NCBI GenBank assembly: GCA_040954595.2
Contig: CM082594.2
Coordinates: 3,023,319 to 3,087,318, forward strand
Direction: 5' to 3'
DNA from: Balanoglossus misakiensis
Lineage: Eukaryota > Animalia > Hemichordata
Length of the DNA stretch: 64,000 nucleotides
Both the position numbers and the translations under genes were made by a program. Every line of letters begins with the position of its first letter. Position 1 is the stretch's first letter. The notes under the pieces were generated by a model. That model was not told the origin of the DNA and did not search any database. It worked only from the letters and a program-made list of their open reading frames with translations. Positions 12,803-28,499 of this stretch are shown here, piece by piece.

Positions 12803-14007
12803 CGTGTGATCAGTTACATATCGTGCAGCAGGTGTTATTTTCGGGGAAATAGAAGCCAGTACTAAGCCAGAAGACTGCATGGGCACCAATCTTTATCAAT
12901 GGCTGTCTGACCTTAATCACACATAAACAATCGAGAATACAGTGTATTCTCGATTTTTTATGACTCAGAAAGTCAAAGATTACTCTAAAGTGATCAATAT
13001 GGTAGTGTAAGAAATAGAATAAAAAGGCAACTGTTTTTACATAGACTGTAGTCAAAACCTGGACATAAGACAAAAACCTCGGTCCGGAAGGGCTAGTGAT
13101 CTAGCGCAACACGAATGTGAATCAAAGAGCAATTGTAGGAACCGGCATGAACTTTTTTAACCTGCAGTTACACTGCTTGTGAAGCCAGATTAGCTGCAAC
13201 ACAGTCAGCTGTAGCGTAAAGAATGGGACATCAATTTGAATCTATGTTGATTAGATGGTTTGTAAGGGATCAAATAGCTCAGATTACATGAGTAAATATA
13301 TAATAGATTCTAAAAAAGCAAATATTTATAAATAATTATTGTATTTGCAGAAATGTGCAAATAATTTTATTTGCAACAACTTCAAATTTACATGGAATTA
13401 TTAAAGTAATTGTATCCAAAAGACATCAGTCATATATATGTTTGTGTTAGCTGCGGTACGCAGCTGTACCGTGGGGGGGGGTCTGATTACCCCCACGGAC
13501 AGCTGCGCGCCGGGACATCCTCCATACTGATAGTGCAGTTGCAACGACCCGACTGGTGTTGGAAGATTTGAACAGCAACAGAAAAGAAAGTGAGCGTAAT
13601 TCAATAAAACGACCTATACAAGCCTGAACTCTGATTATTTCTGGTCCCAAAACTCGTTCGTTAAAAAAATCACTGGTCTGTTAACGTATTTCAGCCGAAT
13701 TTTCAAGGAGTACTACCCAAGCACACATGTTAAAACTCCGGCAGCGGATTTTGACCCTCACTCACGACTGCTGTGCGATGCTCATTAGCATATTAATGGC
13801 GGTCATTTCCAGCGGGTATCCAGATGGATATCGATAGAGTTTGCAACAACAAAAAACACATTTACAATCAAATCGACAATTAAAATTATCATAGAATTTG
13901 ACTAGAATATATGGACTTTAAAAATATGACAAAAGGGTAATGTCAAAACATTCGTAATATATGCAACTAATCGAATCATCACCAGGCAGCAATAATCTCA
14001 GACCATT

Positions 14008-15688
14008 TTACTTTTGTAAATTTAATCGTTCGACCGCCATTCTCTCTAACTCCTTGCGTTTGATCTTGCCAGTCATTGTGTTTGGGAAGCTCTCAAAAAT
14101 GAGGAAATATTTGGGAATTCGGTCTTGGTCGAGTGTCTCTTTCAACGGTCCGATGATCTCTTCCTGAGTGCACTGGGTCTCCTGTTGCAACACGACACAC
14201 AGACATATCTCTTGGATCATTTTCTCATCGGGGACACGGGGACACCTACTGCCTGACACAGTTTCACTTTGGAATGACCGATAACATGCATCTCTATCTC
14301 GAAAGGATAGATGACTGCGTCATTCCTAAGGATGCATTCATCCTTTCTTCCCAGATGACGAATTCGACCGTCTTCCAACATGATTCCCAAATCACCAGTG
14401 AAAAACCATCCTGAATCTGTTTTCCTTTTCTTCGTGTTATCGTCGTCGCCCAAGTAATACTTGAAGACCGTTGGCCCTCGAACACATATTTCTCCCTGTG
14501 TGTTAATCGGCACAATTTTCAAATCCTTGTCGACAATTTTGATCTCAGAATGCGGCAGTGGTCGACCGACGGTCTCGATTCTTCCTTCCACCGGGTCGCC
14601 GGCGTCATGATAAGTGATTTGACCAACTTCTGTCGCCCCATACACGTTGTGCACGTTTGGAGTCAACATTCCTTTCAGCTTTTCAAATGTAGCCTGTGGC
14701 ACATTATTTCCTGCCACAGAAACCACAGTCAGCGAGGAAAGGTTGTATTCATTCTGAAAGTTGACAATCTCGTGAGCAGGGAGTGGGTACAAAAATAGGG
14801 AGGTACAACTTTCTTGCTCGATGGCACGAAGGTAGGCGTCGACACTCGTGGATTCGGTCTGAACAAGCCTTTCGCCAGTCACTACCATCGACGCGAGGAA
14901 CGATAGCCACCGACAGAAAGAAGATAGCAACCAGGCCGACCACAATGCGCTGCTGCGTTGTATTCAGAGAAAAACATGCACATTTCCGCCAATGCATGGT
15001 GTGAATGAACAACAATCTTCGAGGACGGTCCAGTGCTGCCAGATGTGAACACAATGACAGCAGGATCATCTGGTTGAATTTCGTTGCGGATATTCTCCAA
15101 CTTTGACTCCACCCCAGAACTATCGATCACGTCATCAAGAGGAAGGCATACCCCTCTCCGCTCTGCTGCATCAATGTTGACGACGAAACGCACATTTGGA
15201 TGTGTCTGATTCGAGAAGACACCAGAACATTCCTCCAAACCAGGGATCACCTCGCGCAATGTCCCCAGATGCATATCATCTGTTACTATCAATACACAAC
15301 CGACTCGATTGATTTGCTGTGCGAGCTGTTCAGCTCTCAGAAGCGTGTAATGTCGGACGACAACCAGGCCGGCCTTAATAGCACCCAGGTATGCTACAAT
15401 GTACTCGTACCTCCTGCCAACAAAAATTCCCAGCATTTCGCCGCGTTGCAGCCCAAGCTTGATCAGCCCAGAAGCGAGCCCGTCAATTTGACGTCTCAAT
15501 TCTCCGAATGTGACCCTTTTGATAGGAGCATTTTCTGAATATTGAGTTATCGCCTCCCTGTCCGGATATCGATCGCTGGTTATATCGAACAGTTCAGCGA
15601 TGGTCTTCCCGCAGAATGGTCGCTGGCATGGTGTGTGGCAATAGCTTCTAGTCAGTTTTGTTGTCGAGGCAAGAATTTGTGCAGCCAT
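14008..15688 (-). pseudogene. Intronless AMP-binding acyl-CoA synthetase (ACSF2-like) with two frameshifts
   Basis: Three overlapping ORFs carry VFTSGSTG, YGATE, FTGDLG, GRKDE and PNTMTGKIKR. One frameshift lies at ~14905-14945; the second is an 8-bp tandem duplication (ggggacac x2, 14230-14245) whose removal restores AVGVPDEKMIQE. Confidence 0.88.
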
Positions 15689-17186
15689 TTCAACTCCAGG
15701 GCTCTACATAAACAGTGTCGAGTAAATTCTGTAGTCTATAAACAGACACAAATATAGTGATATTTACTAGCGGTAGGCGATGCATCTAGTTAAAACTTTG
15801 AATAAAACGACAAGTTTCATTTACATATCATAATTAATATTAATAGCTAGTACAGGATCTAAGCGAAAGAATGACGGAATGTAAGAGGCAGTGTTTAGCT
15901 GTCACAAGTAAACACAGTGAAATCAAACAATTATACAGAGAAAAAAAACAAAGTTTGGAGTTACTGAGGTTTAGGAGGTGTCTATCTTCTCTCTACATAT
16001 TCAAGCATAGGCTCAAAACAAATTAAAAACTTACCCTTCAGTAGTTCAAACGAATCTTTCCCAAATTGTTGTAAAAAACTGAAAAGTCTGAAACCAGGGA
16101 AAAATGCTGCGTAAGTTTACACCAAGTTACAGAAAAACACAATGTTGTTGACAGCCTTACCAACATATTTTTAATTAGCCCAAAATTACAGCAGTGAAAG
16201 TTTAAATTAGTAAAAATGTTGGACTAAAATTAGTAAAAGTGGTGAACTTAAATGCTTTGTTACCTTTTTGAGGATTTTCACTCGTTTTAATTAAGAAAGA
16301 AACGTTCTTTTTAATCACATTTGTACGCGTGTGCGACCGTTTATTTTTGTTTTGCCGGCGATGCTTGTTGTTTATTGCACGACACTTTTTCTAGCGTTCT
16401 CCACCCACTTTATTTTTGTGTTTCAATGTATCAAGCGTTATATGCCCAAAGAAGCTGGTAACCATTCAAAAATAGACATGAAATAAATTAGTATAGAATA
16501 TGTAGGCACGTGGCAGCTGAAATGTACATGCGCTGTTAAAAATGATCGGTATGAATTGCATTGTAAACTGTTAGACATTTTCTTCCGTCCCGTGCAACTG
16601 CATCTTTAAAGCTGCATTGTTAATAACGGCTATCTGCCATGGGCGATATCAAATTGGCCAATATTGTGTATTCCTATAGTCGACGAAAAAAGAGTTCGAT
16701 GAAAAGCGTGCTTCTGCCGTTCGTATGTTCAAAAATAGAGATTCGTACGATTTCATATCGTCGTTCTTGAATTCAGTTCGGGAACGACGGGAACACCAGA
16801 CATTTTATTAAGGAATAAAATCAATGCTGGACTATTTAATCGAATATTTCTACAACGAACCAGTAACACAGATTGTGAAATAAATGACGCCATCAAACTA
16901 CATGTATTTAGATCCAAATGTCCATACAACGCAAAGTCACACCTCCTTTTATTCCTTGTAAACTCCAGATTGAAATCACTCACACAGTTTGAAATTATAA
17001 AACCAATTTTTCAATCATATGTCTAACCAACTTCTGTTCGAAAAAACAAATTCCGCTTTTATGTCTACAAATGTGCCGCAACATTTCAGGCTTGTCCAAA
17101 CCAATTTTGACTTTTTCTTTTATGCAAATTAGTTGAAATGGCGTCGAATTCATCCGGGTGTTTCTGCTTGTGCACAGTGGCCCAAA

Positions 17187-18788
<1,602 letters not shown>

Positions 18789-19077
18789 ATTTCAGCGTCG
18801 GCTTCAGCTGACACATTTCGTCGTCTTCTCTCTTTCGATGAGAACCAACCGGCGGTAATGACTGTTCCTCAACATCATCACACGTTGCTGGGTAACCAGC
18901 TTCTGCAAATTCGTTGTTGATCATTCTTTGCCTAGTTTCTTCTTTTCTTTTTCTCGTTTTCACAGAGTCGGTACGCTCCTGAGCCTGAAATTGATAGTGG
19001 TTTTCGCTTCAATACTTTGAACATCAAAAGTTACGTCACATTGTCAGGCAGACACATATCACATCACATCGGCATAA

Positions 19078-19363
19078 GGCCAAAATAAAAAAGAAAAATG
19101 TGCTGTTCCGACCTACCCTAAACTTTTTAGAGCTTCGTAAACCCGGAAGTAAAAATAATGATGTCAAATATACAAAATTTATGAAAATTGCGCGGAATAT
19201 GACGAAATCGCGCGCATCACGCAAGAACTATGATGTCATTCTACACTGGGCGGCCAGAGAAATAAAAAAAATGCAAAAAAAAAAAAAAAAAAAAAATTCC
19301 CTACCTACCTACCCTATTTTTGAAAGCCATGTAATCGGAACAGCACATATTATTTTTTGGGCC
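19078..19363. mobile_element. PIF/Harbinger-type MITE, family A copy 1
   Basis: TAA|GGCCAAAA..TGTGCTGTTCCGA...TCGGAACAGCACA..GGCC|TAA; 3-bp TAA TSD. Confidence 0.85.
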
Positions 19364-20269
19364 TAAACAAAACTGCCAGGAAAAGTTACCACTACCAGAC
19401 AAAGATGAATTAATATAGTCTGCCATTATAGCAATTACAGGTCACTCGATTGTGCGGCGAGACTTGGCATTTCAAATGTACCGTTATATTTTACATACAA
19501 CTCTAAATTATCAAAATCTCATTAATAACGAAGCGGCTGGGCTAAACAGAAACACTACCAGCAATATTCATTTAAAATGCATACATCTATTTTCAAACAA
19601 AACATTTTAATACCTGTGTAAAGTGAATATTTATCAAACGCCTGTGAACAATTACTTAGTCTTAGAACAATATAAAATATTACACACTTTGACAGCTTCC
19701 TGTTCCCAGCTTAGCCTTGAGCAAATCCAAATGCAATATGAAACGGAGACTATGAAAATGACGATAAGTTTACTGATCCAATAACCTGTGGAATTCAAAA
19801 TAGATCCCTCAGTTGGAATAACGTGATAAGGTGTACAGTTCGAAACCATTAAACTCAATGGTACTGTATACATGCATAGCTTATACAATATGTCCTGTGC
19901 CGATATGAATTTGACATCTATTTATATGAATGATAAAAACTGTTTAAAATGTCAAATTGTACCCAATCAAAGAGCGGTGCTGAAATTGCAATTTACATGC
20001 GTTTTCAAGGACATCCGGAAAATATAAATTTTTATCCTGTGTGCAAATACGCTGCATGATTTCTGGTTGAAATTCATGCACTGACAAGTCATATGATCGA
20101 TTTTGGCAAACAGAAGTCATAACGTCAAAAGTATATTAGAAGGCAGGAGGACACAACCCGTTAAAGAGACTGGACGTTGTTTGTACAAGTTTGACATGTC
20201 ATCGAGCAGTAACCAAATCCATTCGATAAAAATAAAGAGAAACGTTCATTTGCGTTGCTACTATTATTA

Positions 20270-20970
20270 GGGAGCATTCGTTTTTTACAGGGAGGGGGGG
20301 GCCGGTGGAAATCAGGGGGGGGGGGTTTACTTTTACAAAGCAGTTTTTAGGGGGGGACAAATTTTATAATCAAGGGATTATTATATAGGGACTGAAAGGG
20401 GGGGGACTTGAAAACCTTGACGGCTAAATATTTATTTTGAGTCCACAAAAATGCAGTTTCGCGTCCTTTATTTTACAAAATTTTCTAATGTGGGAGACAC
20501 CCCCTCCCACACCCACCCCCTCCATTCATCAACACCTTTCAATCATTGACTGGTTTATCTAGTGTCCCAGGTCAGGGGACTTGCCCCCACCCCATGATAA
20601 CTTTGAGCGGCGACGTTAATTTGCTTTTGCTGGGTTCATTAAAATGCAGCTTTGAGCTCTGTATCCCAAACCCACCCCCTTCAATTCTTGGTTTACAATG
20701 TCTCCCAACACAGAATACAAATACTTAAAAAATAAAAACAATGTTCAGTTTTAATACCCACTGATGAGGGGAAATATCGGTTTCAAATTCTTTTCATGGG
20801 AGCGCTGTGTCCATGATAAGTTTAATCCGGTGGATAAACTTTTTTTTTTTTTGGGGGGGGGGGGTCACATTTTAGAAAAGTAATTTCCAGGGGGGGGTTG
20901 CCTTTTACATTTAGTTGGCGACTCAAATTCCACCGGCCCCCCCCCCTCCCTGTAAAAAACGAATGCTCCC
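20270..20970. mobile_element. PIF/Harbinger-type MITE with ~40-bp TIRs
   Basis: TTA|GGGAGCATTCGTTTTTTACAGGGAGGGGGGGGCCGGTGGAA ... TTCCACCGGCCCCCCCCCTCCCTGTAAAAAACGAATGCTCCC|TTA. Confidence 0.9.
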
Positions 20971-23900
20971 TTAGTACTCATACCATGCGCATAATCTAAA
21001 AAACAGGCACAAACATGTAAAACATGTATACCGTACTAGACAATGAACATGACACATGTCACAGGCTTGAACCGTGATTGCTCTAAAAAAAGATTTGCGT
21101 TATATATGTTACTTATGGCTGCTCTAAATCATTTCCCACGGAAACATGCACATTTAGAGAAGATGACGCACCGGGTAGGCGAATAGATGGAGCGTCCCAT
21201 CCAATCAGTTTGGAAACGGTCTCGACTATTAATCCAAAAATGTATTTTCCTCCTTTGTTGTGTTACCTCGCCAGAGAGTAATAGAAATAATTTCACAACA
21301 CCGTCGATAACTGCTCTTCTTGAGCTGACGGTCAAATGTTTGGAACATATGCTGCAAATGGTTTTCAGTACTTAAAAATAGATCAAATCTCCGGTTGGTT
21401 CTCATTAAACCTGTTGAATAATTTTTTGAAAATGTATGTCAGTCTGTCTGCCTGATTACCTGTTTGTCTGTAGTCAGGACAAACATGGTATATTTCAAGT
21501 CATCCATGAGTTGTCAGTATATGATAAAAAACTAAACATACCATACATTCCCCGGTACAGGAAAAACATGAAAAATATGGAACTGGGAATACCGACGCCG
21601 TAATTAGCAAACAGGCTAACTGTGGCACCGATTCGCTGAAGTCCACACGCAATCAGAACGCTCCGAACAACCGTCTGGAAGGGAAAAAAGAAATACTTGG
21701 GCGTATAATAATATTATACCATTATTTTCGAACTTAACCGTTTAAAAGAAAACATGAATGTTACACACTCATTGCAGAGCTTTCAGATGCGCCATTCAAA
21801 ATAAAGTACGTTTCAGGCTACATATAACAAGATTCGAACCAATAATTGCATGAATATTTATACACATATACAAACATACAGGCAGTTCCCCTTGGTAGTG
21901 CAGTGTGATGACTTAGAGAAAAATTCTTCAAACTTCTCATGCTGATGTGTCGTGATTTGTTGGAATCAGTCACGTGGTAGGAAAAAGAGAATGGATATTT
22001 TCCTAGGGAAATAGTCATCATCAACTGTTACCCGGACAAGTGACTGATGTGAGTGACGTTCGTATCTGGACAAGCCAATCACTGTTTCACCTGGCAAAAT
22101 GTTGTCTGCAGGGCCCGTCTAGTCCCTTTCCCTCTAAATTCCATAGAAAAGAGTGAGATTTCTCCTTCCGTCGGAGCAGGTATTTCCAGCACCTCGTGGG
22201 TAGCAAATATTCAAGTAACACCAAGAATCTTACTCGCTATGCCATACAGATTGTTACTTTGCATTGTATAACCATAACTGATATGGACAAGAAAGTACCC
22301 ATGGAATTTCTCGGTAACAGCATGGACTCGAGTTGTGTTAATAAAACACATATTGCCCGGTCTATTTTCTTGCTAATTTAAGGTACTCATTTATCATCCC
22401 CAGTGACCTAGTTACCAAAATTGCATGCTATTTCCTAGCGGCCTCGTGAAAGAGCATGCGATAAAGGAGTCCTATAGAACTCACAGCCAGGCAATATAGA
22501 ACACAAAGACACGTTTTTTAATTTAGTGCCGTGACATCACTGCCATGTTGTCGCAGGATTTAACATAGAATGTACTCACACAGGCACTGTTGGCTGGTTG
22601 GCATATTGCTAGTACGATGGTCGCCGCCATGACAAGTCCAATGACTTTGCTGTGAATATAGAATTGGACATTTCAGTGCATAGGCCAAAAGAAGAAACGT
22701 GTGTTTGGCGCAGCCGTTTGTTGTCATTACGTTTTTGAGCTCTTGATACAGCGGATAACCTTAGTGCTTTTCTATCTGTCTGTGGTGCATGTACCACAGA
22801 TTTCAAAATAGCTGCAACAACCGCCAAACTAGAAACACCGTATTTCTTTGATGCCAGCAACGCGTTATCTCTAAAATTGTAACAACGTCACAATTTAGTA
22901 GACAAAGAGGCGCCCCTCCATCCCAATTGCGCAGTTGAAGTAGTGCTAGTGCGTGTTGAAAGAGACGTGAACAGAAAGGGGTATAGGAGACTCGACTCGA
23001 ACAAAGACGACGAGAGTTGTTTAGCGTGTCGAATACTGCTCTACGAAGCTCTTTGTTACCTTCTGACCGGGGTTGTGCCTGTGAAGGCAAGGTAGTACGA
23101 GCCTCGGGGACAGATTTTCAAAAAAATGATAGTCCTCAAAATCTTTCAATCCGTGCTACATGTATATTCATGTGTGTTATGATTCTTCGGGGAGGGGGGG
23201 GGGGAACTGGGCGCTCACTGTCTTGATTTCATGAAAATAGCTACTTAAAATTTTATCCGTATACTCAACACAGAGATTGGCGGCCATTTTGAAGTAAAAC
23301 TTCGCTCTTTCATTCAAAATTTTGCACGGTGACCCTATTATTAATTGTAAAAGAGAATAACTTTAAGTTGCTTTGAGCAAAATATGACAACAAGTGTAAG
23401 ATTTACGAGGTCATACTACCTCAAATTGCTGTTTCTGTTACAGAAGGCACATTCGAAAGACTACGATTGTTCATATACTATGTTAGATTTTAACGCAATA
23501 TAGTCCAACATACAAAATATAATTCCTGCTGAGGATAGTTGGAGTGTGAAAATGAGAGACGAAAATGAGATTACCCTGTATATGATAGAGGTGTGTAGAC
23601 TAATTCTCACCTGTCGTTTGTGTAGGCACGTGGTATCACATCCTTTGCAGAAAGTAAGATCAAGGAGACAGTCACAGAAACTATACCTGGAAATTTGAAA
23701 ATAATTCGTCAGATAGACATTCGTATTTGACACGACCTGATTCCAAGATTTGGATGGAAAGTTATCTTGGTTTCTGTCAAACAGACTGACCCGACTGCTG
23801 CAGGCTGTTATCAATCACAGAAAAAAAAGTAGTTTCAAACGCGCAATATTGTTCAAATCCTTAGTAAAGATTTTGTTAGCATTTTGATTTCGCCAAGTTA

Positions 23901-26900
23901 TTTCTGTAGGCCTATACAGTCAAACCTAGCCAGAATCCACGATTATAGTATTTATACATTGTGTTTTAGAATCACCAGTGATGTTTTCATTCTTGATATT
24001 TTTGCCACACAACTGGCCGCTTACCAGTAACTGTCAATGCGACGCGGGTGGCGATTTGGGCTTGTCTTGGCTTGTGCGCTCCTAGGTAATTGCCAACGCG
24101 AATAGTTGTAGCATAAACTTGATGTCGGCTGCGGTAGTGAGAAAATGAAAGTGGAATGGTTAGTACGTTTACAACAGGTCTAAAACTGAGCTGAAAAGTG
24201 ACAGATTAATCTTACTCAGCAGGTGATGTATGCAGATTTATATAACCTACTTCTAGATGTTGAAAGACAGTCACTCAGTGAAGAAGCTCTCCTTCGCCCC
24301 AGCCCCAAAACCCACCCAACCACAGTCTCGAGCTGACATCACCATGGCAACATTATCGATGTATAAGAGTGAATACCTACACGGTCAACAACCTCGACAA
24401 GTTGAACCATAATTGCTTGGGCTGCTAATTCGTCTCCGTTGATAAGTCCTGTTGGAATGCACATAGCTCTTAGAAAGTAACTGTTTGCATATAGTTTTCA
24501 AAGGCCTTCCACGGACATGCAACACTATTTTATCGGCAATGTTTAGCAAATTTTTTCTCAATTCCTCCACTTTTCCGTCTCTTAGCCCACAACTTGCCGG
24601 CCAGCGGCCATGGTAACGAAACCACCTATTAAAGCTCATCAAGACGTGTGTGGTCATGAATATTCATTACTAATTTGCATATTCGTGAGAAATTGTACGG
24701 TCCGTGCCATAACATACACGAGCGCTTGCCAAAGCTTGTGACCAGGACCATTTCGTATGCAATTATCAACAAATAGTCCCAACCTTGTTAACCAGAGTTC
24801 GTGACAAACAGAATAAAAATTCATTTGCACCATGTAATAGCCATTGACAATCATATGTGTTGACTTAATCTACAAACAACTGGTGCTTCATTTGCACATA
24901 TGGCAAACAGATTCATTTATAATAAAGAAAACCGACTTACATTCATTAAAGCTCTAGGCTACTTATAATAAAACGTAATAAGTCATTACTTGGAGTGAAA
25001 TTAATACTAATAGTACGATGTAAAGTAAACTATTTCATTTCAATCAACAAACTAGCTGTATGCTAGATTTCTAAAACTGTGTATAACACGACATTCCATA
25101 CACTTACCAGACAGCAAGCAACCTATTTCGAGACACCACCAATTCAAACATGTCATGACGATGCTAGGAACTGCAAGATGAACAACTTGACTCCATTCAT
25201 ACATGCTATCCGTTGTCCAACCTGTATTTTCGAAATAAAGAAATTCTGCTTACCACAGAATAGAACTTATAATTGCTATACTATAGTAGCAACCAGTTGA
25301 GTTGAAAAATAAATACGAGTTTTTGAGAGTGGAAATTTGCATCTGATCAGTAGGTTGGTTATCCAAACATTGAAACTTGTACCCTTCATAGTTCACGTTA
25401 TTTATACGTTTAGAAATTTAGTATATTGTGTCTTAGCAAAAGCCGAAAGATCAGAGCACCGAAACATGCCGTGTTTTGCTTATAATACATGCAAATATAA
25501 TTCATGCATCTGAATCGCCCATTGTGTGAAATTGGTATTTGTTACATTACCTGGCCACGTATCTTTGTGTATATTTTTCAATTTTATGATGAGAACCACA
25601 GTTGCCAATAGCAGCCAATCAGTGAACACTTGAGACCAGGCCACGCCTCTTTTCATATGTAACAATAACATAATTGACAGTTAAATCAATGAATTGAGAA
25701 ACGGAACAACGACATGATGTTAAAATGTAGATTTCCCAATCTGCATGACTGCAGATATATTTCCTTGTAATTCTGTGAATGGCAACTCAATAATACAGAA
25801 TACATTTCTCGACACACTCTTACCTTAATCCAAAGTCGAATTTGTACAGTAAAACATAATTACTGATCAAGATAAATACGGCACCAATGAGTTGAGATAT
25901 GATTATTGGATAGATGATGCTCTGGTTCTGAAGATATCTAGCAACCAGTAGAACCATGTAGTGCGCCTTCGGACAGATGAAAAAAGTACCATCAGTATGG
26001 CTCATTAGTGTAGACGTCATCGCTTTTGTTGACAACGTATTGTGTTGTCGCCTGACAATTTTCTATCGCCGAGCAAAAAATTTCCATTGCAGACATTAAA
26101 CACGGGTTCGTTTATTCTAAATGACTTCTTCTGAAAGATGGGAAGAAAAACGTTTCACTTATATCGGTTATAGACGGTGTAAATAGCCTTTCTACCACGC
26201 TTAATATCCAGTGCGGCCATTAATGTAAACGTACTTTGCTTAAGCATATTCGCGATCGGAATTATATTTACCATATGGAGGTTACCGCTTCATATTTTTT
26301 TTAAAGTCTCCTTCAGTTTACTTGCAAAATGTATCGGTATATTAAAGGTGACTATCTTGTGAAAAACTGGCCTATAGAGTTAGATGTTGAATGTGTCAAA
26401 CTACACTGACGATATCATGTACATATTGTATACACCGTAGTACACGTGTGACTGACATTAGTCTGATGACTACGACTGTACTCATTGATGGTATACAAGC
26501 GTATACTTACAGGTAAATAGAATACCAGTATTGAAGAGTAGACACCAGACATCCTGTAAGATCGAACGCAGGGTGGCATTTTGTAAGTATACGGATCACA
26601 ATGTCAAAATCCGTCAAAATCAAGCGCGGAAACTCACCACTGAGAATGCCAAATCCTGCTACCATTTTTGATCGACAAATATTTGTCATTTTCAAACATT
26701 TTTAGCATATTACTAATCTATGTATGTCTATCAAGGTTTCTGAGGTGAACTTTGTGGTATAGTTGAAATTAAATTGCCCATTTATTCCTTCCACTGTTCT
26801 TACCAAGAATCAAATTTTTGAGTCAAATAATTTAAAGATAAGCTCAGTTAAATAACAAAATAATGGGCGCGTTCCTACCGCCCTATTTGACTGCTGTAAC

Positions 26901-28185
26901 GTAAACCCTGCAAAAGTCTCAATGGTTGTTCTGATTTTAGACACAAATTGAATATTTGATTTCTGCTTAAATGTAAACGATGTTTAGCTTACATCGACAG
27001 TCACTGAAAATGTATTATTCAAATACACTGCGATGTGAAACCAAAAATATTTGAATTGCAGTATCTACAATGAACACATTCTGTACAACCAAGATTTATA
27101 TAATTCCACACATTGCCATTCAGTTACAATAGTAGATATTTTATTACCTTGCTAACTTGGGGCTCTGGTGACACAGCAATAAAACCAGTTCCGTGTTGAC
27201 AATAATTGCGCAACAGGGAACAGAAAACAGCAACATGACAAGTGCACATCTTTGTAGTATCACCCCGAGTTGCTTCATATTTCCACTTCCAAAAGTCTGT
27301 TGGATATAAATACAGAGTATGGAATGTCTCTGGGAAAGAGAAACTCCGATTTGGGTTTGATTCCTCTGTAACGAGGAGCACGAAAGGTAGATATAGTCTA
27401 GTCAATCTACGATGTTTGGGCACCTATTAACCCGCCACAAATTGCAACAGGATTATGTTATTCACAATGCATTTTGGAGAGGTGTCTAGAACAACATATT
27501 AAAAATGCACCCGAATCCACCTTGTGGAAAATGTCTAATTCGCATAAATCCAATATTGGAGATTTTTTGGCCATATATTAAGAAATAAACATGCTTTTTT
27601 CGTGATTTTAATGTTTAAAACTATTTCATGTGCACGAAGAACTATTTTGGAATAATATTTGAGATGAGCATTTTTCATAATTTGTATAAATTCAATATGG
27701 CGGACAGTATTCCTAAAAACATATTTGGGCAGTATATCGGGTTCTAAAAAAGATATTTTACTGTTTTTAATTCAAAATTACCTCCATGACATTTGGAACA
27801 ATTTTGAAAATAGTTTGTTTACGTTTGCACTTTTTAATTTGCATAAATCCAATATGGCCAACAAATGAATGTTCGACAGCTTATCATACTCCCTCATATA
27901 TGAGCAGTGAGTGTTCACAGCTCTTGCATACTATTAATGTCGTCATGAATACTAATGCGGTATCAGAAAAAATAGAATGCACACTTTCCTGGATGCCGAT
28001 ACAAGTCTCAAATGTACAATTGACAAATCCTCACTGCAACTCACCTGGGAAAACAAAGTATCACAAGCACCGAGTAAGCCATAACCGACAGATACTCCGA
28101 CCACATTAACCAACTGTGAATGATAAAAACAAACGACGTAATAATCTATAACATTTCTTCAATCATGCATACAATAAAACATAAT

Positions 28186-28499
28186 CATTCATTCATTCAT
28201 TCATTCATTCATTCATTCATTCATTCATTCATTCATTCATTCATTCATTCATTCATTCATTCATTCATTCATTCATTCATTCACACACACACTCACTCAC
28301 TCACTCAGTCACTCACTCACTCACTCACTCACTCACTCACTCACTCACTCACTCACTCACTCATTCATTTTTATTCATTCATTCATTCATTCATTCATTC
28401 ATTCATTCATTCATTCATTCATTCATTCATTCATTCATTCATTCACTCGATCGTTCTTTCGTTCGCTCACTCGCTCACTCGCTCACTCACTCACTCACT
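28186..28499. repeat. (ATTC)n/(ACTC)n microsatellite in MATE intron 2
   Basis: Directly visible tetranucleotide arrays. Confidence 0.95.

Noticed and set aside
11705-15688. Bacterial operon or contaminant origin for the two intronless enzymes
   Set aside because: The genes are convergent rather than co-oriented, the oxidase has a spliceosomal acceptor and PTS1, and the flanks carry host-type repeats.
24730-24783. Possible shortened MATE exon (GWDYLLIIAYEM)
   Set aside because: It needs a GC donor, and a full canonical exon for this segment exists at 25221-25108.
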